This document shows, in pieces, positions 8,671 through 17,185 of a DNA stretch of 64,000 nucleotides. The stretch's first letter is position 1. Each line of letters begins with the position of its first letter. The translations under genes and the position numbers were made by a program. The DNA is taken from NCBI GenBank assembly GCA_040756875.1, contig JBFLYH010000001.1, positions 1,516,399 through 1,580,398 of the forward strand, written 5' to 3'. The notes below the pieces were generated by a model, which was not told the DNA's origin, searched no databases, and saw only the letters and a program-made list of their open reading frames with translations. The stretch comes from a candidate division FCPU426 bacterium (GTDB taxonomy: Bacteria; Oederibacteriota; JAAXVQ01; JAUVAV01).

Positions 8671-9462
8671 TCATTTCCTCCCTTCCAGCACCAGGCGCGT
8701 GCCCAGGAAAGCCGTCACGCTGATGGAGGCGTAGTATACGAGGTCCTTGGAATCGATCACGCCCCGGGCGAAGTTCTGGAAATGATAATCCGATCCCAGG
8801 TACTCGAACAGGCCCACCAGGAAGGACGGCACGAACATCAGGATTTTGTCCATCAGGTAGAGGGCGAAGCAAAAGGCGAACCCGAGGATGAAGGCCACGA
8901 TCTGGTTGCGGGTCAGGGCCGAGGTCAGGAGCCCCAGGCTCAAATAGGTGGCGCCCAGGCACAGCAGCCCGAGGTAGCCGCCCACGACCGGCCCCCAATC
9001 CAGGGGGCCCAGGGTGGCCAGGGTCAGCGGGTAGCTGAACGAAATGCCCAGGATCACGGCCAGGAAGCCGAGCGCGGCCAGACCCTTGCCCAGCAGCATT
9101 TCCGTAAGCGACAGCGGCAGGGTCATGAGCATTTCGTAGGACCCGGTGTTGAACTCTTCGGACAGCAGCCGCATGGTGATGGCCGGCGCCAGGAACATCA
9201 AGAGCAGGGGCGCGGTGGCGAAGTAGGTCCGCATTTCCAGCACGCCGAACAGAAAAAAGCGGGAAAAGAAAAACCAGCCCGCGAACAGGAGGTAAATGAC
9301 CATGACGACATAGGCGATGGGCGAGAAAAAGTAGGCGTACAATTCCCGTCGCGCGAGGGCGACGATCCGGCCGAGGGCCCGGTTGCCGGCCGGTGCGGCT
9401 CCTGGCCGGGCCGCGGTTTCGGCCGCAGGCTGGGCTGGTTCGGATGTTTTGACGCTGGTCAT
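8671..9462 (-). CDS. GldF-like ABC-2 permease
   Basis: RRELYAYFFSPIAY, PAITMRLLSEE..GS.E.L.TLP and LTRNQIVAF motifs. Confidence 0.9.
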   Translation of the reverse strand: MTSVKTSEPAQPAAETAARPGAAPAGNRALGRIVALARRELYAYFFSPIAYVVMVIYLLFAGWFFFSRFFLFGVLEMRTYFATAPLLLMFLAPAITMRLLSEEFNTGSYEMLMTLPLSLTEMLLGKGLAALGFLAVILGISFSYPLTLATLGPLDWGPVVGGYLGLLCLGATYLSLGLLTSALTRNQIVAFILGFAFCFALYLMDKILMFVPSFLVGLFEYLGSDYHFQNFARGVIDSKDLVYYASISVTAFLGTRLVLEGRK

Positions 9463-9482
9463 GCCTTCAACCTCCCTAGGGA

Positions 9483-10418
9483 TTAATTCGCAGTCAGACG
9501 GCGGAACACGTCTTCCAGGCTCAGAACTTCGCGGTGCATTTCATACAAGGTCCAGCCTTCGCGGCCGGCGAGACGGAAGATTTCCGGCCGCAGGTCGTGG
9601 TCAGGCTGGTAGCGGACCAGGTATCCGTGGATGTCGCGGCCCTCGTCCTCGGTGCGCTCCGCGTTCAGCACGTGGGGGAGTTTTTTCAGTTTTTCGAGCA
9701 CGGTCCGGCTTTCGCCCTCGCCGATCCGCAGGTGCAGGCGCGCTTCGTCCACGGCCTGCCGCTGCAGATCGCGGGGATTGCTGTCCGCCACCACCCGGCC
9801 CTGGTGGATGATCACCACCCGGTCGCAGGTGGCCTCGACCTCGCTCAGGATGTGAGAGGAAAGGATCACGGTCTTCTCCCGGCCCAGGCGCTTGATCAGG
9901 TCGCGGATCTCGCTGATTTGGTTGGGGTCCAGACCGGCCGTGGGTTCGTCCAGAATAAGGTATTCCGGATCGTGGATCATGGCCTGCGCCAGGCCCACGC
10001 GCTGCCGGTTGCCTTTGGACACTTCGGAAACCTTTTTATGCACAATGCCGGCCAGCCCGCAGACCGCGATCATGTCGTCGACCCGGCTCTGGCGCCGGGC
10101 CTGCGGCAGTTCGCGCATGGCGGCCACGAAGTGCAGATAGTCGTACACCAGCATGTCCTGGTAGAGCGGGTTGTATTCGGGCAGGTAGCCGATCAGGTCA
10201 CGTATGGGCTGGCGCTCATCCAGCGCATCCAGCCCGCCGACCGTGATTTTTCCGCCGTCCGGCCGCAGGTAGCCGGCAATCAGGCGCAGGGTCGTGGTCT
10301 TGCCTGCGCCGTTGGGCCCGAGCAGCCCGAGAATCTCACCCGGCTTCACCTGGAAGCTGACACGGTCCACGGCCGCGACCGCGCCGAAACTTTTCGCCAA
10401 ATCCTCAACCCGTATCAT
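9483..10418 (-). CDS. GldA-like ABC transporter ATP-binding protein
   Basis: GPNGAGKTT, SKGNRQRVGLAQA, LDEPT and SSHILSE motifs. Confidence 0.93.
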   Translation of the reverse strand: MIRVEDLAKSFGAVAAVDRVSFQVKPGEILGLLGPNGAGKTTTLRLIAGYLRPDGGKITVGGLDALDERQPIRDLIGYLPEYNPLYQDMLVYDYLHFVAAMRELPQARRQSRVDDMIAVCGLAGIVHKKVSEVSKGNRQRVGLAQAMIHDPEYLILDEPTAGLDPNQISEIRDLIKRLGREKTVILSSHILSEVEATCDRVVIIHQGRVVADSNPRDLQRQAVDEARLHLRIGEGESRTVLEKLKKLPHVLNAERTEDEGRDIHGYLVRYQPDHDLRPEIFRLAGREGWTLYEMHREVLSLEDVFRRLTAN

Positions 10419-10453
10419 ATGCCGCAGACCTCCTGGGAACTAAAAACTTTGAA

Positions 10454-10482
10454 ATGATAAGAAAAGCCGTTTTTATTGTCAA
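10454..10482 (-). promoter_or_regulatory. sigma70 promoter of the ABC operon
   Basis: TTGACA-17 bp-TATCAT. Confidence 0.7.
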
Positions 10483-10630
10483 GCAGAACCACAGGACGAA
10501 TGGCGAGTAAATCGGCTTTTAGACCCCGCCGGGCCGCATAGGTTCTCTTTTATGGGTGGAAAGTGGGCGGCGCTCCAATCCAGGCAGAAGGCCTCTCCAG
10601 GCAAAGGACCGCCAGCTATCCGGCTCCCTT

Positions 10631-11137
10631 TTATTTCAGCGCTTTCTCATACACCTTCCTCACCCCGTTATTCTTCTCCCTTATGATGATCCCCTTGATC
10701 TTCCCCTCCAACGTCTTCCTGGCCTTGGGATGGTGACGCAGAAGAGCGGCGAGGGCGTAGGCAGCGCACCAGCGTACGACTGTACTGGGGTCTTGCGCGT
10801 TGATCAACAGGTTCGGGATGGCTTTGGCGACTTGTTCCGGGTACTTCTCAGCCAGATTGCCCAGGGCTTCGGGTACGCCCCATTTGACGCGGTTGACCCG
10901 GGAAGTAACACAAGGGATCAGGTCAGGAATAAAAGGCCCCAGGAGTTCGGGGTGTTCCGCGGACAAGTGCTTCATCACATCCGCGCAGGAGCCCTGGTCC
11001 TGGTCCCGGGCGGTTTTAAAAAAAACCATGAACTCCTTGGCAGAGATTTTTTTCCGCCCCAGCGCTTGGGTCAGGATTTCGGTTTTTTCCTTGGGTTTGC
11101 GGGCGGATTGAAGGATATCCAGAATAGCTTGACTCAT
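10631..11137 (-). CDS. HEAT-repeat protein
   Basis: RVKWGVPEALGNLA and VVRWCAAYALAAL repeats. Confidence 0.75.
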   Translation of the reverse strand: MSQAILDILQSARKPKEKTEILTQALGRKKISAKEFMVFFKTARDQDQGSCADVMKHLSAEHPELLGPFIPDLIPCVTSRVNRVKWGVPEALGNLAEKYPEQVAKAIPNLLINAQDPSTVVRWCAAYALAALLRHHPKARKTLEGKIKGIIIREKNNGVRKVYEKALK

Positions 11138-11199
11138 GCGTTGACCTCGGCTGTGCGATCCCGCTCACTTCATATTAAAGCAGGCGTGTTTTGAATCCT

Positions 11200-11934
11200 T
11201 TACCGCCTCTGGCGGCGTTTAGGACCCGCAGGCGGCAGGCTGGGCGCGGAGACGGGCTGGGGCGCGTCGGCATGCAGGTGTTCGTCCTCCGTGGGGCTGG
11301 AAACCAAGCCCAGCGTGGCGATCAGTTTCAGGGCCTGCTCGGCTGACATGGGCAGGATGCGCACGTCCTTCGCGGGCACCAGCAGCATCACGCCCTGGCT
11401 GGGGATCGGCGCCGCAGGCAGGAACACAGTGAGCATTTTCTTGCGGATGATTTGCTCGGCGGCCGCGAAGGCCGGGACCGTGAGAAAGCCCACGGTCCAG
11501 ATGCCCTTGCGGGGAAATTCGAACAGGACAGCCGTGCGAAAAGCCGTAGAACCGCCGGCGGAAAACGCCTTGACCAGCTGCCGGATGCTGCCGTAGACGT
11601 TGCTGACCAAGGGGATGTTGCGGATGATGCGGTCCCCGAAGCGGAGCACGCGCCGGCCCAGATAGTTCGAGGCCACCAAACCGGTCAGCATGGTCAGGAC
11701 CAGCGTGGCCAGAATGCCGAAGCCCGGGATGCGCTTCAGTTCCGGCGGAAGCTTGAATCCCAGCGCACGCAGGAACTGGCCGCCCATGGGCGCCAGCCAG
11801 CCGTCGAGCAGATTGAAGAGAAACACCAGGATCAGGATCGTGGCCGCGAGCGGGATCATCACCAGCAGGCCGGAAATGAAGATCCGGCGCAGGGTGATGG
11901 GATGGTCTTTGTGGGGATGGGGTTCAGGCACCAT
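11200..11934 (-). CDS. DUF502 family membrane protein
   Basis: LRRIFISGLLV..PL..T, IPLVSNVY..I.Q and EFPRKGIWTVGF motifs. Confidence 0.85.
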   Translation of the reverse strand: MVPEPHPHKDHPITLRRIFISGLLVMIPLAATILILVFLFNLLDGWLAPMGGQFLRALGFKLPPELKRIPGFGILATLVLTMLTGLVASNYLGRRVLRFGDRIIRNIPLVSNVYGSIRQLVKAFSAGGSTAFRTAVLFEFPRKGIWTVGFLTVPAFAAAEQIIRKKMLTVFLPAAPIPSQGVMLLVPAKDVRILPMSAEQALKLIATLGLVSSPTEDEHLHADAPQPVSAPSLPPAGPKRRQRR

Positions 11935-11993
11935 GCCAGACTCCGCAAAAGGTATGCAAGCAGGACAGAGTATGCCTGGAGGCGAACGGCTTG

Positions 11994-12722
11994 TCAAGGC
12001 TGTCCCGCAGCGTACTTGCCCCCTTCTACCCCCGCCAGCCAAGCGGCCAGCTTGTCCTGCTCCGTGAAATCCGCCAGCACCAGACCGGCCTTGCTGGCCG
12101 CGAGCTGGGCCGGAGTAAAGGGTCCGGTGGCCACGGCCACAGTGCGCGCGCCGATGGCCATGCCGGCCGCCACGTCGTGCGGTGTGTCGCCGACCACGAT
12201 CACGCGTTCAGGCGGCAGGGGCGCGCCCCGCAGGGTTTCGCCGCGCGCGACGGCCTTGCGCAGCAAGTCCACGCGGTCCACGGCGTCCGAACCGAAGCCG
12301 CCGAAGCGGAAATAGCCGTCCAGGCCGCCGCGCTTGAGCTTGAGCTGGGCGCCGAATTCCAGGTTGCCGGTGCCGAGCCCCAGCCAGGTATCCGGCCGCG
12401 CTTGCGCCTGTTCCAGGAATTCGCGGATCCCGGGCAGCACCCTGAACGCCGGGGCCGCGGCCAGGGTTTGCTCCAGCAACTCCAGGTAGCGGCCGAAGAC
12501 CCGCTCCATTTCCGCCTCGCTCATGCCGCGGCCGCGCTGCTTTTCCGACACTTCGTGGACGATGGAGGGGTCCGTGCGCCCGGCCGGCGAGATGCCGGCC
12601 AGGGGTTCGCGCCAGCCCATGACCTCCGTGAAGGCCTGTTCCATGGCCTGCATGCCCGCGCCGCCGGTGCGCACCAGCGTGCCGTCCAGGTCGAACAGCC
12701 ACAGATAGCCCGCGGGGATCAA
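11994..12722 (-). CDS. HAD-superfamily hydrolase (phosphoglycolate phosphatase-like)
   Basis: FDLDGTL, GRTD, TGN and VGDTPHD motifs; TTG start overlaps the upstream TGA. Confidence 0.88.
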   Translation of the reverse strand: MIPAGYLWLFDLDGTLVRTGGAGMQAMEQAFTEVMGWREPLAGISPAGRTDPSIVHEVSEKQRGRGMSEAEMERVFGRYLELLEQTLAAAPAFRVLPGIREFLEQAQARPDTWLGLGTGNLEFGAQLKLKRGGLDGYFRFGGFGSDAVDRVDLLRKAVARGETLRGAPLPPERVIVVGDTPHDVAAGMAIGARTVAVATGPFTPAQLAASKAGLVLADFTEQDKLAAWLAGVEGGKYAAGQP

Positions 12723-14320
12723 AACCGCACTCCCAGGCTGAATTGCAGTCCCAGGCCTGTGCCGGGAATGCCGACCCGGCCCGGTCCGGCTGCCACGGCC
12801 CGCTGCTGGAAGTCGTCCTCGTACCAGACCGCGGCCTGACAAAACGTTCCGCTCGGCCCGCCCCATTCCAGGCCCGCGTCAGCCGCGAGCGCAGGCCCCT
12901 GGTCCGTGTGGCTGAACGGCGCGAAGGACAGGCTGCGCTGGCGCCAGATAGGACCGGCCCCGAAGGAACCTTGTATCCGCCAACTGCCCCAGGACCAGCG
13001 GACCAGCCCCAGCAGCTCCGCGCCCAGGCCCCATTCCGTGGACCGCAGGGGATCGCGGAAAAGGTCCGGCGCCGTGGTTCGCGCCTGGGTGTAAACCAGC
13101 TTCAAGCGGGGCGCCACGGCCAGGGCCGCGGACAGGGGACCCTGCCCCGCGGTCTGCAGCACGCTGCGGCGGTAGCGCACTTGCCATCCCAGGTTGGCCA
13201 GTTCGTCGTCGCGGACCCAGCCTTGGCCGCGAAAACCTTCGTCCACCCCGCGCAGCTTGAGCAACAGCGAGATCTCCGCCTCGGAAGCCATGGGCTCGGC
13301 CGCGGGTTTGGGCCAGCTTAGCGGTTGAAACCGGCCCGGGCCCATGATGGGCGCCTCGAGCCGCTCCTGCAGGAACCGGTTGCGCTCCGCCCAGTTGCGC
13401 CGCTGGGCCAGCTCCCACACGCGTTCCGCGCTGCCCTGGTGGTTGAGAAACAGCAAGTTGGCGAAAATCGCCGCGCCGGTCAGGTTCTCCTGGCGTGATT
13501 GGTTTTGGCTGGCCACGGCAAAACCGACGGCGCCCGCCAGGAACAACAACTCCGAATACAACTGGCTCGAGGCTTCCCGCATCCCGGGTTCCAGCAATTC
13601 CTCGCCCCAGCCGGGCAGGAGGCTGGACCGCTGCGCCAGGCTGCGCGGATCGAAATGCGGAACCAGCGCGGCTTCCGCGGCTTCGGCGGCCAGGGGATGC
13701 TCGGGATGCCGGGCCCGCAGGGCCGCGAAGCCCGCGAGGTCGCCGTCCGTTTCCAGCCAATGAGACCAGGCTTGCAAATAAACGGCCCAGCCCGCGAACC
13801 TGGATTCCGGGAACTCGTTGACCAAAGCGGCGAAGTCGGGCAGCGCGCCGCCCTCGCCCACGGCCTGCAGCCAGGCCAGGCTGAGCGCCACGGCGGCGTC
13901 CAGGTCCAAAGCGTCCGTGGTTTCCTCCCGGCCCAGCCAGAGGTAGAACGCTTTGACCGTCCGGGACCAGGCCGGATCAGGCGTGAAATCGGACAGCAGC
14001 TCGCCCTCGGATTTCAGGGGCGGCAACAGGGGCAGAAGCGGGCTGCGGGGCCAGTAAGCCGCGAGATACCGGCGCACGCGCCGCGCCTCAAAACCCTGGT
14101 CTTCATAATCCAGCAACTCGGCCAGCCAAAAGAGTTCCAGGTCTTCCACGCGCCCCGTGGTTTTCATGGCCGGTGCGGCGGCCAGGGTTTGGCAGGCTTC
14201 CACCAGGCGGTCCGCCAAATCCGTCTCTACGGAGGCGACGGGTTCGGATTGGGCCAGCGCCAGACCGGCGTTCAGACCGGCAGCGGCCAGTGCGCCCAAG
14301 AGCCATGTCCAGGGTTTCAT
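12719..14320 (-). CDS. Exported protein with TPR-like helices and a C-terminal outer-membrane beta-barrel-like domain
   Basis: Signal peptide; FPESRFA and HPEHPLA repeats; alternating beta-strands ending GLQFSLGVRF. Confidence 0.6.
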   Translation of the reverse strand: MKPWTWLLGALAAAGLNAGLALAQSEPVASVETDLADRLVEACQTLAAAPAMKTTGRVEDLELFWLAELLDYEDQGFEARRVRRYLAAYWPRSPLLPLLPPLKSEGELLSDFTPDPAWSRTVKAFYLWLGREETTDALDLDAAVALSLAWLQAVGEGGALPDFAALVNEFPESRFAGWAVYLQAWSHWLETDGDLAGFAALRARHPEHPLAAEAAEAALVPHFDPRSLAQRSSLLPGWGEELLEPGMREASSQLYSELLFLAGAVGFAVASQNQSRQENLTGAAIFANLLFLNHQGSAERVWELAQRRNWAERNRFLQERLEAPIMGPGRFQPLSWPKPAAEPMASEAEISLLLKLRGVDEGFRGQGWVRDDELANLGWQVRYRRSVLQTAGQGPLSAALAVAPRLKLVYTQARTTAPDLFRDPLRSTEWGLGAELLGLVRWSWGSWRIQGSFGAGPIWRQRSLSFAPFSHTDQGPALAADAGLEWGGPSGTFCQAAVWYEDDFQQRAVAAGPGRVGIPGTGLGLQFSLGVRF

Positions 14321-14694
14321 GGTTGCCTCCCTGCCCTGACGCCGGGTTGCCACCACCACCAGGAGGACAGACACAGGGCCAGATACAGGCCGGCCAGCAG
14401 CCGGAAAATCCATAACGGCGCACCCCAATTGTCCACGTAAATGAGGCGTTCGATCCAGGAGCCGAGAAAGGAACCGTGATAGGAGAACCCCGGATCCGAC
14501 AGGCGCCGGAAATAGGTTTCAGCCACGGTCAGGGGGCAATACCAGCCGCATGCGGCCAGCAACAGATAGGAAGACAGGCCCGCGGCGTGGGCCAGGCGCA
14601 GGACCCGGCTTTTCAGCAGCAAGGCGAGGGGAAAACCGGACACCATGAACACCACCCATAAGAAGTGCAGGACCAGCAGGGCGTCCGCCGCCAT
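14317..14694 (-). CDS. DUF2784 family membrane protein
   Basis: ADALLVLHF, CPLTVAE and F...IERLIY motifs. Confidence 0.85.
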   Translation of the reverse strand: MAADALLVLHFLWVVFMVSGFPLALLLKSRVLRLAHAAGLSSYLLLAACGWYCPLTVAETYFRRLSDPGFSYHGSFLGSWIERLIYVDNWGAPLWIFRLLAGLYLALCLSSWWWWQPGVRAGRQP

Positions 14695-14704
14695 GCGCCG
14701 CGGC

Positions 14705-16018
14705 TCAGAGGATTTCCGCCGCCAGGGCCGCCAGGGGCGAGCGCTCGCTTTTGTTCAAGGTCACGTGCCCGAACAGCGGCTGGGCTTTGAAATGCTCGAC
14801 CAGGTAGGTCAGCCCGTTGGAATTGGAATCCAAGTAGGGATTGTCGATCTGGTAGGGATCGCCGGTCAGCACCACCTTGGAGCTTTCGCCCGCGCGGGAG
14901 ACGATGGTCTTGACCTCGTGCGGCGTGAGGTTTTGCGCCTCGTCCACGATGATGAACTGCTTGGGAATCGAACGGCCGCGGATGTAGGTGAGGGATTCGA
15001 GGACGATCTTGCCGCTTTCGTTCAGGTAGCGCAGCGTGCCCTCCCCGGTTTCCTCGGCTTCGCCGTTCTGGTCCATGAGAAATTCCAGGTTGTCGAAGAT
15101 GGGCTGCATCCAGGGCGCGATCTTTTCTTCTTTGGTGCCCGGCAGGTAGCCGATGTCCCGGCCCAGGGGGATGACCGGCCGCGTCACCAGGATGCGGCGG
15201 TAGCGGCGTTCGTCCAGGGTGACCCGCAGGGCCGCGGCGATCGCGAGCAGGGTCTTGCCCGTGCCGGCCGGCCCGAGCAGCGTCACCAGGGGAATGGCGT
15301 TGTCGAGCAGGAGCTCCAGGGCGAACTTCTGGCGCAGGTTCTTGGCCTTGATGCCCCAGATTTCCTGGTCGCCCTGCAGGAGCGGCACCAGGGTTTTGTC
15401 CTTCCAGTTGACCTTGCTGACCGCGCTTTGGCGCGAAGCGCCGCCCGCGTCGCGCAGGATCACGAACTGGTTCGGATGCATTTCCTGGTCGGTCAGCGGG
15501 AGTTTCTTGTCCGCATAGAACTGGTTGATGACCTCGGGCGTCACTTCCAGGTTGGTGACGCCCGAATACAGCTCATCAATATTGACCTTGTGGTGTTCGA
15601 AATCCTCGGCCATCACGCCGAAAACGTCGGCCTTGACCCGCAGGTTCACGTCCTTGGTGACCAGGCGCACGTTCTCCACGCCCCGCTGCTGCAGGGTCAT
15701 GGCCAGGGCCAGGATCTGGTTGTCGTTCTTGCTGTTGTCGAGGCCTTTCAGCTCCAGGTCCGGCATTTCCACCGGGATCTTCAGGATGCCGCCGTTGTCC
15801 ATGGCCACGCCCTTGGAGAGCGACCCCTTGCCGCGCATGCTGTCCACGAAGCGCGAGACCGCGCGCGCGTTCTTGCCCTTTTCGTCGTTGAGCTTTTTGA
15901 ATTTATCCAGCTCTTCCAGGGCGAGGATGGGGATGACGACGACGTTGTCCTCGAACATGCTCACGGCCTGCGGGTTGTGCAGCAGGACGTTGGTGTCAAG
16001 AATGAAGGTCTTTTGCAT
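14705..16018 (-). CDS. PIN-PhoH family ATPase/RNase (PhoH2/YlaK-like)
   Basis: FILDTNVLLH (PIN), GPAGTGKT, YIRGRS, DEAQN and GDPYQID motifs. Confidence 0.93.
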   Translation of the reverse strand: MQKTFILDTNVLLHNPQAVSMFEDNVVVIPILALEELDKFKKLNDEKGKNARAVSRFVDSMRGKGSLSKGVAMDNGGILKIPVEMPDLELKGLDNSKNDNQILALAMTLQQRGVENVRLVTKDVNLRVKADVFGVMAEDFEHHKVNIDELYSGVTNLEVTPEVINQFYADKKLPLTDQEMHPNQFVILRDAGGASRQSAVSKVNWKDKTLVPLLQGDQEIWGIKAKNLRQKFALELLLDNAIPLVTLLGPAGTGKTLLAIAAALRVTLDERRYRRILVTRPVIPLGRDIGYLPGTKEEKIAPWMQPIFDNLEFLMDQNGEAEETGEGTLRYLNESGKIVLESLTYIRGRSIPKQFIIVDEAQNLTPHEVKTIVSRAGESSKVVLTGDPYQIDNPYLDSNSNGLTYLVEHFKAQPLFGHVTLNKSERSPLAALAAEIL

Positions 16019-16043
16019 GGGTCACCTGATCGCAGGAATGGGC

Positions 16044-16964
16044 CTAGCGCACCGGGTCCAGCCAGCCGTGCTTGTCCGGTTGCTCGCCGCGCAGGATGCC
16101 GAAGAACGCGGCCTGGATCGCCTCGGTGATCGGGCCGCGTTTTCCATTCCCCACCTGGATGCGGTCCACCTGGGTGATGGGGGTGATCTCGGCCGCCGTG
16201 CCGGACATGAAGGCTTCGTCGGCCAGATACAGGCTTTCGCGCGGCAGCAGGTGCTGCTTGACGTTGTAGCCCAGGTCGCGTGCCAGCTGGAAGACGCAAT
16301 GGCGCGTGATGCCGGGCAGGATGCTGGAGGAGGAAGGCGGCGTGTACAACGTGCCGTTTTTCACGATGAACAGGTTCTCGCCCGAACCTTCGGAAATATA
16401 GCCGAACGCGTCCAGGGCGATCCCCTCGTCAAAGCCGTCGTTCATGGCTTCCAGCTTGATGAGCTGGGAATTCATGTAGTTGGAGGCCACCTTGGCCATG
16501 GCGGGCATGGTGTTGGGCGCCGGCCGGTTCCAGGAGGCGATGCGCACGGACACGCCTTTTTCCAGCGCCTCGGCGCCGAGGTACGGCCCCCATTCCCACG
16601 TCGCGATGGCCGTCACCACCGGGCACTTGAGGGGATTCAGCCCCAGGGAATGATAGCCCCTGAAAGCAAACGGCCGGATGTAGGCTTCCTTGAGTTCATT
16701 GGCCCGCAGGGTCTCCTTCACGGCCGCGCACAGCTGGTCCAGGGAATACGGGATGGGAATGCGGTAGATTTTGGCCGAATCGAACAGCCGCTGCATGTGT
16801 TCCCGCAGCCGCAGCACGAACGAGCCTTTGGGATTGGCGTACATGCGCAGGCCGTCGAAGGCGCAGGACCCGTAGTGCAGCGCATGGGTCAGCACATGCA
16901 CCTGGGCCTGGTCCCAGGGCACCAGTTTCCCGTCCATCCATATGAATTTTTCCGGAAATCCCAT
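16044..16964 (-). CDS. ilvE: Branched-chain amino acid aminotransferase
   Basis: HALHYG, AKVASNY, EGSGENLF, ILPGITR and GTAAEITP motifs. Confidence 0.95.
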   Translation of the reverse strand: MGFPEKFIWMDGKLVPWDQAQVHVLTHALHYGSCAFDGLRMYANPKGSFVLRLREHMQRLFDSAKIYRIPIPYSLDQLCAAVKETLRANELKEAYIRPFAFRGYHSLGLNPLKCPVVTAIATWEWGPYLGAEALEKGVSVRIASWNRPAPNTMPAMAKVASNYMNSQLIKLEAMNDGFDEGIALDAFGYISEGSGENLFIVKNGTLYTPPSSSSILPGITRHCVFQLARDLGYNVKQHLLPRESLYLADEAFMSGTAAEITPITQVDRIQVGNGKRGPITEAIQAAFFGILRGEQPDKHGWLDPVR

Positions 16965-17185
16965 GGTAAATCTCTCCATCCTGTCCTGCGTGGAGTCCCA
17001 ACCGCAGATGTTTTTTGGAGGATCATATTACCCCGGCCCAGGGGGATAAGCAAGTTTTTTTAGTCCGGCCGGACCCGGCCGACTTGCAATCAGCAGGCAA
17101 TCATGTAAACTTAATGATATATTCGTCAACCGTCGCGCTATTCATAATGTATTTGTTGGAAAAGGAATCGGATAAAGTGTCGGGT

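Noticed and set aside
10554-10628. Glycine riboswitch, SRP RNA or group II intron domain V
   Set aside because: Only partial motif echoes; the essential GCCGAAG-P3, GGAA-loop and DV pairing are absent, and the orientation is wrong for a riboswitch.
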